The notes under the pieces: model-generated
Seen by the model: the letters and a program-made list of their open reading frames with translations, nothing else
Database searches by the model: none
Told to the model about the DNA's origin: nothing
In this document: piece by piece, positions 56,269 to 64,000 of the stretch
How the letters are laid out: each line of letters opens with the position of its first letter
Numbering within the stretch: the stretch's first letter is position 1
From: a virus
Taxonomy: Duplodnaviria; Caudoviricetes
DNA: 64,000 bases
IMG/VR virus record: IMGVR_UViG_3300033463_000073
Coordinates: 19,751 to 83,750 of that record
Direction: 5' to 3' (one strand)
Translations under genes and position numbers: made by a program

Positions 56269-57558
56269 ATGAGTTACAGAAACGAACTGATAAAAGCGCC
56301 AGTCAACCAATACGATGTCCAGCAGGCGTTGGCGACGACGAAATATTCTTGGAGCGAACTTTGTACGCATGTAAACATCAATCCGATGGCGAAGTACAAG
56401 CCTGTAAGGTACGACAAGATACCAGACATATCAGACGCAGAATTTGCATTGGCAAGATACGGTTTTTCCCGCGTAACACCGACATTCACTGGCGGTAATT
56501 CAAATCCGTCATGCACTTGGGAATATGAAAAACCGAGAGGCGGCAGTTATAGTGAGCCTTTTAGGATAACAGACTTTGACGGTTATTTCCCACGAGCCTG
56601 CGCTCCGTTTGCCTTTGGCGTGTCTGGCGCACTACAAGACGGACTTGGTTTATATTTCTATATCAACAACACGGCTGCCACCTATTACAGTGACCAAGGA
56701 ATGAACGTTTTATGGGATAGCGACTACGGTTTGTCCGTGTCAGCCTTGTTTGCATATTCATCAAACGCATCGACAAACAGTTATATAGCCATCTGTATTC
56801 ATGACCTTACAAAAGGCGACAGTATTGTCGTAGAGACAAACAGGAGGCTTTGTGACCTAAGCACGTCGGTTGATACGATAATACTATATCCTACTGCAAG
56901 GACTATCAGCGGTGTGTCTTACCCAGCAGTTGACATGCTCAATGATTCGACACGTAGCGGACATGAGTTTCGTGTTATTGTCGGTCTTATGAACAGTAAT
57001 ACAAATCCAAACGTTCCATATCAGGTCTTTACGGGAAGCACTTCTCCTACGCCAAGTCAGATAACACTCTATTCGCTTGCATTTGTTGACGGAATAGACA
57101 GGAAGGATTTGGTTCTCACAGCCCATTATTCCATTGTGAAATTAAAGTGCTATTTCGATACAAGCACGTCAACGATAACAACCACTTATGTAGGTCAGGT
57201 ACAAAGGAATGGAATGACCATGCTGAAATACCTAATGAGCGCAAGGCTTGTCGGTGTATTTATTACACCGTCAGACCATTGGTCTCCAGAGCAGGGGGAT
57301 GTCGGCGTGAAACTTATTGCATCGGCAAACGGTATTGTCGGTGATGATGCCGTACAAGGAAACGTGCAAGGGGGTACATCTGTCAATATTCCTATTGCTG
57401 GTCACACGTATTATTCTGACCCGTTGTATCAATTTACCGATGTGCCAGTGTATTTCTATCAGGGTACGGGTACGAAAGAGATATACATAAACGGTTTCTC
57501 TACGGAAATATTCGAAAGTGTACCGTTTGAGAATACGCTTATAAAGGCTATCACATAG
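56269..57558 (+). CDS. tail fibre-associated protein
   Basis: N-terminal IKAPV-x-x-x-DVQQAL...LC...INPMAKYKPV, typical downstream of Bacteroidota phage fibres. Confidence 0.65.
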   Translation: MSYRNELIKAPVNQYDVQQALATTKYSWSELCTHVNINPMAKYKPVRYDKIPDISDAEFALARYGFSRVTPTFTGGNSNPSCTWEYEKPRGGSYSEPFRITDFDGYFPRACAPFAFGVSGALQDGLGLYFYINNTAATYYSDQGMNVLWDSDYGLSVSALFAYSSNASTNSYIAICIHDLTKGDSIVVETNRRLCDLSTSVDTIILYPTARTISGVSYPAVDMLNDSTRSGHEFRVIVGLMNSNTNPNVPYQVFTGSTSPTPSQITLYSLAFVDGIDRKDLVLTAHYSIVKLKCYFDTSTSTITTTYVGQVQRNGMTMLKYLMSARLVGVFITPSDHWSPEQGDVGVKLIASANGIVGDDAVQGNVQGGTSVNIPIAGHTYYSDPLYQFTDVPVYFYQGTGTKEIYINGFSTEIFESVPFENTLIKAIT

Positions 57559-57607
57559 AAATAGTTTTAGTTCACTTAAATATTAACCCTTTAAAAATTT
57601 TCAGATT

Positions 57608-57919
57608 ATGGGAACATTCAATGTAACAAGTTCAACTTTGAACAACAACTACGAGTATGTAAACAGCGAGGTCAAGGTGACTGGCAGCTATCAGAAGGAT
57701 GCACAGACCGATGCCTTGCAGAGTGTCAACGGTAGCGTCTATGCTCTCGACCAGAGCGGTCAGCAGGGTGCTTACATCGGCAACTTCAACGGCTATGTCC
57801 GTGACGGTGAGGTGAAGTACTCTATCTCGGAGATGTCACGTCGCGATGCCAACAAGGTTTGGGATGCCATCGACGAAATCGAGGCCGAGATTACTGGTTC
57901 AAACGCAGGGGAGGAATAA
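57608..57919 (+). CDS. small fibre-accessory protein, paralog of 60263-60535
   Basis: MGTFNV...YIGNFNG...DGEVKY. Confidence 0.65.
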   Translation: MGTFNVTSSTLNNNYEYVNSEVKVTGSYQKDAQTDALQSVNGSVYALDQSGQQGAYIGNFNGYVRDGEVKYSISEMSRRDANKVWDAIDEIEAEITGSNAGEE

Positions 57920-57922
57920 GTC

Positions 57923-58399
57923 ATGGGAAAGCACACACTTAGAACCGACAAGATTCTTTCCGCATACCGAGTTTTGAGCACGTCGAAGTACACAAAACTT
58001 GCGGACGATGACAAAATCAAGGCGTGGAAGATTGCGCGCGCATTGAAGCCTTTTGCCGACAAGTTCGAGGAAGATTCCAAGGATGCGGCAGAGAAACTGA
58101 AGCCTACAGAGGACTTTGCCGAGCGTTTGCAGAAGGCACAGGAGTACGAGCAGGCAATCAGAAAGCCAGACTTTAATGCCGAGACCGACAAACTGCCTAT
58201 GGGTACAGCCGAATACGGAGAGTTCCTTAAAGAGTTCCAGAACTACAGAAAACTCGTCGATGATGCCATCAAGGAATTTGCCGAGAAAGAGGTTGACGTA
58301 GAGTTTGACGAACTTTCAGAGGATGCCTTTGGCAAACTTATGGCTTCTAACGAATGGACGATGGAACAGACTATGGAAATAGGAAATATCATCGTATAA
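57923..58399 (+). CDS. hypothetical (possible fibre chaperone)
   Basis: 158 aa helical acidic protein. Confidence 0.6.
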   Translation: MGKHTLRTDKILSAYRVLSTSKYTKLADDDKIKAWKIARALKPFADKFEEDSKDAAEKLKPTEDFAERLQKAQEYEQAIRKPDFNAETDKLPMGTAEYGEFLKEFQNYRKLVDDAIKEFAEKEVDVEFDELSEDAFGKLMASNEWTMEQTMEIGNIIV

Positions 58400-58502
58400 C
58401 ATTAGTGTGTGCCGCGTGACTGGCAGTGTCGTTGCTTGCGACCTCCTGTCAGCACGTCGGTGCGCATAACAACAAATTGATTAAACAAAAAAGATATAAA
58501 AT

Positions 58503-60236
58503 ATGGCAGCACAGACAGAAGATAAGAAACTCGACGGCGCAGGCTTGTCAGTATTATGGGGCTTGATAAAGAACATTATACCGACAGTGCCGACGAACGT
58601 GTCGTCGTTTACCAACGATGCGGCTTATGTGTCGTTGCTTGATACCCACAATCAGAACCTCGTACTTGCTTCGCCGAACGGTGCTTCTGGTCTGCCATCG
58701 TTCCGTGCGTTGGCCGCTTCGGACATCCCCGATTTGAGCGGGACATACCTCACGAGCGCAAGCCTTAACGGATATGCCACACAGTCATGGGTGACGAGTC
58801 AGGGCTTCGGCACGGTTTCGTCCATCAAAGTAGGCACTACGTCATACTCGCCATCGAGCGGTGTGGTGTCGCTGCCTGCATATCCGACAACGCTGCCTGC
58901 GTCCGACGTGTATTCTTGGGCAAAGCAATCAACGAAGCCGTCATACTCTTGGAGTGAAATCGGCAGCAGACCGACGAAACTCTCCGAATTTACCAATGAC
59001 AGCGGTTTCATTACGGGGATTACAAGTTCGATGGTCACAACGGCACTTGGGTTTACCCCTGCAAATTCAACATCGTTGGCAAGTTACCTACCTTTGACTG
59101 GAGGAATAATATCTGTAAGTAGCAAGACGCATGCCTATCCCTTGACTATTAAAAACCGTTATCATAGTTCAGATAGCACATTTGCTGTTGGCTCTGGAAT
59201 AAAACTTGAACTCGGTGATGCCAGCGAAAGTACCAAGTATGCAAGTATTATGGCGGAGTCTGTAGAAAGTTGGGAAAACAAAATAGATTTGCATTTTTAC
59301 ATAAGCAATAGTGGCACCGAAAAAGAGGTAATGGGGTTTTCTGCAAGTGGTGATGTACTTTTTGATGGGAGTGTTTTGTTAAAAGGAGGCTCGAGTGGAA
59401 ACCGACGTTTTGGTTTTACCAGAAACAATAACGGTGCTAATATGGACGTAGGTTGGAACTGGGATAATGTAGACGGTGCAGGCGCTTACTTTAGAAGTTC
59501 TGACTATACAGATGCTGGAGAATTTGGTTTCTTTGCAAGAAGTTCGTCAAGTAATACAAAGAAGTTGATAGGAACAACAGACGGAAATCTTGCTTGGGAC
59601 GGACAAATCATTTCGAAACCTATAAGAGACACATGGGCAGGTGCATTTAAAGGATTTTGTGCGTCTCTTTCTGGGGGACAAGCTGTAGTAATCACAATAG
59701 GCAAAAGTGCTTCTGCAAATAATTCAGGTGCTATTCAGTACCATCATGTTTCTGATGGAAGTTCCAGCAATTATATGGCTATAAGTATATATGACAATGA
59801 TAGATTGCTTACTGTAAACGGTGCTGGAAATGTAGGAATAGGAATGGGCACAACAGCACCATCATATAAACTACAAGTCAACGGTGCTGTCGGTGCAACG
59901 GCATTTACCAACACCTCAGATATTCGCAACAAGGACTTTATCTCTGACACCTCAATGAGCATCGAGCAGATTGCCAATGCGCCGTCATTCAAGTTCAAGT
60001 GGAAGACTGGTGATGACAGAAACGTTCATGCGGGTTCAAGCGCACAGTACTGGAATATGGTGTTGCCAGAAACCGTGTCGGCGGCAAAGGACGAGCAGCA
60101 CACACTCTCGATGCAATACGACGTGATAGCCCTGTTGTCAGCCATTACCATAGCAAAAGAGGTGGTGAACGACAAGGAGAGGATAAGACAACTTGAACAG
60201 CGTGTAAGCCAACTTGAAGCGCAACTTGCAAACTAA
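58503..60236 (+). CDS. second tail fibre with S74 chaperone
   Basis: 577 aa; SDIRNK...GSSAQYW...coiled coil; shares VGWNW-x-NVDG module with 48604-56265. Confidence 0.85.
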   Translation: MAAQTEDKKLDGAGLSVLWGLIKNIIPTVPTNVSSFTNDAAYVSLLDTHNQNLVLASPNGASGLPSFRALAASDIPDLSGTYLTSASLNGYATQSWVTSQGFGTVSSIKVGTTSYSPSSGVVSLPAYPTTLPASDVYSWAKQSTKPSYSWSEIGSRPTKLSEFTNDSGFITGITSSMVTTALGFTPANSTSLASYLPLTGGIISVSSKTHAYPLTIKNRYHSSDSTFAVGSGIKLELGDASESTKYASIMAESVESWENKIDLHFYISNSGTEKEVMGFSASGDVLFDGSVLLKGGSSGNRRFGFTRNNNGANMDVGWNWDNVDGAGAYFRSSDYTDAGEFGFFARSSSSNTKKLIGTTDGNLAWDGQIISKPIRDTWAGAFKGFCASLSGGQAVVITIGKSASANNSGAIQYHHVSDGSSSNYMAISIYDNDRLLTVNGAGNVGIGMGTTAPSYKLQVNGAVGATAFTNTSDIRNKDFISDTSMSIEQIANAPSFKFKWKTGDDRNVHAGSSAQYWNMVLPETVSAAKDEQHTLSMQYDVIALLSAITIAKEVVNDKERIRQLEQRVSQLEAQLAN

Positions 60237-60262
60237 ATAGAAGAAAGGAGGTATACAAGGAT

Positions 60263-60535
60263 ATGGGAACGTTCGACATAGTATCAACATCGGTAGTCAA
60301 GAGCTATAAGGCCATCGGTGACGGATTCGTTGCCAACGGCAGTTATACGGAGTGCAAGGGAGTGCTTATGAAACTCGACGGCACTGTATATGAAGACGAC
60401 TTTATGAAGACCTACGTCGGCAGTTTCGGCGGCGAGCGCAAGGACGGGAGTATGCAATACAAGACGATAGGCGACAAGGCAAAGGTGGAAAGTGCCATTG
60501 CCGTCATAGAAAGTTACATCAACAACCAACAATAA
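60263..60535 (+). CDS. small fibre-accessory protein, paralog of 57608-57919
   Basis: MGTFDI...YVGSFGG...DGSMQY. Confidence 0.6.
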   Translation: MGTFDIVSTSVVKSYKAIGDGFVANGSYTECKGVLMKLDGTVYEDDFMKTYVGSFGGERKDGSMQYKTIGDKAKVESAIAVIESYINNQQ

Positions 60536-60551
60536 AGAAAAGGAAACGATT

Positions 60552-60884
60552 ATGGCAGACAATGTAAGAAGCGGACAGCAAAGGACGATTTACTTGGGTA
60601 CGGAACTCAAGTTCGCCCTAACGATAACGTCGGAAGGTTTTTCGATGATTACGGATGATTTCAAGGTGGTTATCAAGTCCACAAAGAAAAGGAAGGAAGT
60701 GGTAATCACTAAGGAGGAGATGATGCTTGACGAGAACGATAAGTATCTGTTCACGATAGATACGGAAGAACTCGGCATCGGCGAGTATTGGATTTACGTC
60801 TACGCCTATGTGCCAGACGAGGATTTTCCCGACGGTCTTAGGACGGAGGTACAAAAGCAGCAGCTATGTACGGTGATGTCGTAA
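60552..60884 (+). CDS. Ig-like/BppU-like structural protein
   Basis: Beta-rich 110 aa, FTIDTEELGIGEY. Confidence 0.5.
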   Translation: MADNVRSGQQRTIYLGTELKFALTITSEGFSMITDDFKVVIKSTKKRKEVVITKEEMMLDENDKYLFTIDTEELGIGEYWIYVYAYVPDEDFPDGLRTEVQKQQLCTVMS

Positions 60885-61213
60885 CAAACGGACAATTCTG
60901 TGGTATCAACGGATGTCAGAAAGTCACCGTTGAACACAAGGCGGGTGGTCTTATGGGCTGCTCGACGGAACTGCGGAACGACAGGGAACTTGCCATGGCG
61001 TGTCCGTTGCAGAACGGTGACGTGACAGCCGCCATTGAACTTGAAAACCCGAACGTCGGCGTGTCGGTTGCGCTACAGAATGACAAGGCCACGAAGATTG
61101 GCGTCTCGCTTGTGTGCAAGACATCCGTCGGAAACTGGGAGTACCTCTTGGTCGAAGAAGGCAGATTGTTGCTCATAGACGGTCAGGCGGTCATGGTAAG
61201 AAGGAAGAAATAA
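60866..61213 (+). CDS. hypothetical protein
   Basis: 115 aa ORF in packed operon. Confidence 0.5.
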   Translation: MYGDVVTNGQFCGINGCQKVTVEHKAGGLMGCSTELRNDRELAMACPLQNGDVTAAIELENPNVGVSVALQNDKATKIGVSLVCKTSVGNWEYLLVEEGRLLLIDGQAVMVRRKK

Positions 61214-61234
61214 TAAAACTTAAAATAAATTGGC

Positions 61235-61441
61235 ATGGCTTACAAGTTAGACAAATACGGAGACCAAGTTCGCGATGACCTCGACGCGGTAGAGCAGAAG
61301 ACCATCTATCCAGAGGCCACCCATCATAATGACGGCATCATGACAAAGGAACAAGTTGCGCAACTTGAGGGTTATGAACAGGAAATCATTGACAGTAGCG
61401 AAACGCTTACTGCATACGAGATTATGATGATTTGTAGATAA
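61235..61441 (+). CDS. small structural/hypothetical protein
   Basis: 68 aa; A-x-x-x-x-DGIMTKE motif seen in fibre-associated proteins. Confidence 0.5.
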   Translation: MAYKLDKYGDQVRDDLDAVEQKTIYPEATHHNDGIMTKEQVAQLEGYEQEIIDSSETLTAYEIMMICR

Positions 61442-61472
61442 TTTATGTATAACTTTTAAAAATTTAAAGATT

Positions 61473-62177
61473 ATGGCAGTACAAACAAATGACAAGAAAT
61501 TAGATGGTGCTGGTTTGTCAATCGTATGGGGATTGATTAAGACACTTGTTAGTGGAGCTATTTCTGCTCTTACTATTCCAACAAAGACGAGTGACCTCAC
61601 AAATGACTCGAACTTTGTTGCGGATGCAAACTACGTCCACACGGACAATAACTACTCCTCGTCAGAGAAGACGAAACTTGGTGGTGTGTCCGCTGGCGCG
61701 CAGGTAAATGTTATCGAAACCGTCAAAGTGAACAACGTGGCTCTGACACCAACGGAAAAATCGGTAAATATCCCCGTTCCGACAGACAACGCTTCTTTGG
61801 CAAATGGCGCAGGTTATCAGACAGCAGCGGACGTGAACAATGCTATTGACGCAAAGCTGAAGGCTACGATGAAGCCAAAGGGTAGTCTGTTGTTCGCCAA
61901 CCTTCCGACGCCACAAGAGAGTAATCTTGGCTGGATGTGGGATATGCTTGATGCGTTCACCATTGACAGTCGATTCTTGCACTATGACGCTCAAGACCCT
62001 CAGTCGTTCCCCATTGGAACTAATGTCTTTGTGGTCGAAGATGAGCCTGCATCTGGCAGTACTCCAGCAACGTACAAGTTTGATACCTATACTGGTTATA
62101 TTGACCTTAGCGGCTATGCCACAAAGGACGATGTAGACACGCTGACTCAGTCTGAAATTGAATCAATCTGTGTTTAA
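61473..62177 (+). CDS. fibre-associated protein sharing N terminus with 58503-60236
   Basis: MAVQTNDKKLDGAGLSIVWGLIK versus MAAQTEDKKLDGAGLSVLWGLIK. Confidence 0.7.
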   Translation: MAVQTNDKKLDGAGLSIVWGLIKTLVSGAISALTIPTKTSDLTNDSNFVADANYVHTDNNYSSSEKTKLGGVSAGAQVNVIETVKVNNVALTPTEKSVNIPVPTDNASLANGAGYQTAADVNNAIDAKLKATMKPKGSLLFANLPTPQESNLGWMWDMLDAFTIDSRFLHYDAQDPQSFPIGTNVFVVEDEPASGSTPATYKFDTYTGYIDLSGYATKDDVDTLTQSEIESICV

Positions 62178-62190
62178 TGATTTAAGGCGT

Positions 62191-62361
62191 ATGAAGAAGG
62201 TTTATTGTTTCATCATGCTCTGCCTTTATGTACTTGGTACAATCGGGGGCATTGGCTACACCATTTACTATGGTGCATACCCGATAGCAATTGGTGTCGG
62301 CGCAACGGCTTTCCTTGCCTTCGACAAGATTAAAGACTATTTCAACTACGTTAAACCGTAG
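62191..62361 (+). CDS. small two-TM membrane protein
   Basis: MKKVYCFIMLCLYVLGTIGGIGY...; followed by terminator hairpin. Confidence 0.5.
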   Translation: MKKVYCFIMLCLYVLGTIGGIGYTIYYGAYPIAIGVGATAFLAFDKIKDYFNYVKP

Positions 62362-62387
62362 GCGAATATCCATCTCCAATTTCTAAT

Positions 62388-62416
62388 AGCACAATCATTC
62401 GGTTGTGCTTTTTTTA
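62388..62416 (+). terminator. intrinsic terminator
   Basis: AGCACAATC-ATTC-GGTTGTGCT followed by T run. Confidence 0.7.
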
Positions 62417-62538
62417 TGCCTTTACGTGGACTTAAAAAAGTCCATGCCATAGCTTGTGTCTTTAACTCGTAAATTTGCACACGTAACGTTACAACGTGTG
62501 TGTTTTAATTAATAATTAACAAATTAAAGATTTAAACT

Positions 62539-62568
62539 ATGGCAGAAATTTATCAATTAAACTTATAA
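62539..62568 (+). pseudogene. N-terminal stub of the downstream Gly-rich gene
   Basis: MAEIYQLNL* versus MSEIYQLPD at 63726; has its own promoter 62470-62477. Confidence 0.65.
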
Positions 62569-62637
62569 ATTTTTGCAAAAATTCTTGCGTATTTCGATAT
62601 TTTTTTGTACCTTTGCATAAACAAAGATATAAAATAT

Positions 62638-63579
62638 ATGTACAACACAGAAGAGTTTATAAGAAGAGCGAGGCTTGTTCATGGGGACAAGTATGACTAT
62701 TCAAAGGTTGAATATGTAAATTCACAAACAAAGGTTTGTATAATCTGTCCGACTCACGGCGAGTTTTGGCAAACACCTGCCGAGCATTTAAGAGGCAAGG
62801 GTTGTATTAAATGCGGACAAGCGTTGTGTGGCGAAAAGCAAAAGCAAAAAGCGAAAGAAACTTTTGTGGAAAGATGTAAAGAAATACACGGTGACAAATA
62901 TACATACGACAAAGTTGATTATGTTGATTCGCACACAAAGATTATTGTCACCTGCAAGAAACATGGCGATTTTGAAACTTTGCCATACAGATTGCTAAAT
63001 GGTAGTGGCTGTCCCCAGTGCAAAAGCGAAGAAGCACATAAACGATATTCAAAAGGAACATTAAAGTTTATAGAGGAAGCTAAGCGTGTTCATGGTGATT
63101 TGTATGATTATAGTTTGTGTGACTATTATAATACCCATACAAAAGTAACAATTATATGTCGTGAACATGGTGCTGTTGAAGTTGAAGCAGGCGTACATTT
63201 AAGCGGTTGCGGTTGCCCATTATGTGCCGAACCAAGTGGAGAAAAGAGAGTGAGATTGTATTTGGAAAAGCGTAATATTTTATACATAAAACAATATGCC
63301 ATTAAATACAAAGGTAATAATTACAGAGCAGACTTTTTTGTCCCCTCAAAAAACATTATTATAGAGTATAACGGGAAACAGCATTACAAGCCCGTAAAAC
63401 AATTTGGTGGCGCAAAAAAATTTCACCAACAGAAGCAAAGAGATAATAATATTAGAGTCTATTGTAAAGAGAATAACATAAAATTGTTTGAAATATCGTA
63501 TTTACAATACCCAATAATAGAACAATTGCTTGATGTGATTTTTGAAAAAAATAAAAGTAACACAAAAACAGCGTTATAA
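62638..63579 (+). mobile_element. free-standing putative homing endonuclease (zinc-ribbon repeats plus PD-(D/E)xK domain)
   Basis: Three HGDKY-x-Y-x-x-V-x-Y...C-x-x-HG-x-F...GC-x-x-C repeats; C-terminal YRADF...IIIEYNGKQHY; AT-rich; own promoter 62608-62615. Confidence 0.75.
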
Positions 63580-63725
63580 CACAATGATATACAACTAATT
63601 ATAAATTGTACACGGACTTAAAAGAGTTCGCTATGGTTTAATCCTTTTTGAATTGTATCTTTGCAACGACAAAAGATGCGCATCTTGTCGTAAATAGAGT
63701 AACAACAATTTAAAAAGGATTATTT

Positions 63726-64000
63726 ATGAGTGAAATTTATCAGCTTCCAGACAATAACGGAGGCAACAACAACGGCGGGTTCGGTAACATCCCGTTCTCA
63801 ATTCCCATCGGTGGCTTTGGTGGGTTCGGCGGCTTCGGCAACGGTTTTGGCTACGGCATGAACGGGATTGCTGATTTGTTTGGACTTGCTATCATTGCTT
63901 CAATGTTCGGCTGGAACGGTGGCGGATTTGGCAATGGAGGCTTTGGCGGAGGAAACTCAGGCGCGGCTTTCTTGGCTAATCAGCTGTCGAACGATTCGGG
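63726..64000 (+). CDS. Gly-rich phage protein (partial, runs off window end)
   Basis: Manual translation MSEIYQLPDNNGG...GGFGGFGGFGNG...ASMFGWNGGGFGNGG; promoter 63656-63663. Confidence 0.7.
   Translation, partial: MSEIYQLPDNNGGNNNGGFGNIPFSIPIGGFGGFGGFGNGFGYGMNGIADLFGLAIIASMFGWNGGGFGNGGFGGGNSGAAFLANQLSNDS

Noticed and set aside
48604-62177. Tail-fibre shufflon inverted by the serine recombinase
   Set aside because: All fibre modules are on the same strand and no inverted crossover repeats were seen
62539-63760. Group I intron containing the endonuclease
   Set aside because: Downstream gene has its own promoter and start, so no splicing is needed, and no intron core was recognised
1-64000. 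TAG reassignment (genetic code 15) as in some Prevotella and crAss-like phages
   Set aside because: Long genes (2265 and 2553 aa) are open in the standard code and many genes, including the capsid and tail fibre, end in TAG followed by new starts or backup stops
1-64000. CRISPR or mini-array
   Set aside because: No series of identical 25-45 nt repeats with unique spacers; the 24295-24370 repeats are only 9 nt

Overview
This window is part of a tailed dsDNA phage genome (siphovirus-like). The host is inferred to be Bacteroidota, probably Prevotella/Bacteroides-like, from 16 TAnnTTTG -7 promoter motifs, AU-rich leaders without Shine-Dalgarno sequences and a DUF3127-type gene. Layout: (i) 1-20.9 kb, minus strand: many small early/accessory genes, including RecT and a YqaJ-like exonuclease, an SSB-like protein, an RNA-polymerase alpha-CTD-like protein, a radical SAM enzyme, a serine resolvase and a PI-PLC-like gene cut by the window edge. 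(ii) 21.7-29.2 kb, plus strand: GIY-YIG endonuclease, PAPS-reductase-family protein, DUF3127, YopX and a lambdoid-type replication module. (iii) 29.3-43.6 kb, minus strand: head and tail genes. (iv) 43.8-64 kb, plus strand: terminase, portal, lysis genes, two tail fibres with S74 chaperone domains and paralogous accessory genes, and a free-standing PD-(D/E)xK endonuclease. The standard genetic code is used (TAG is a stop). No integrase, reverse transcriptase or CRISPR array was seen. The most unusual layer is non-coding. There are four degenerate tRNA-like elements: Met-anticodon, Ala-identity without a canonical anticodon arm, amber-or-Leu ambiguous, and a T-arm module. Two of them share an identical 17-nt 3' trailer followed by a terminator, and that trailer is antisense to the translation-initiation motif of the early genes. 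There are also two ~430-500 nt highly structured ncRNA candidates and two kissing-loop leaders. All structures were folded by eye and all protein family calls come from motif recognition; none was confirmed by a database search.
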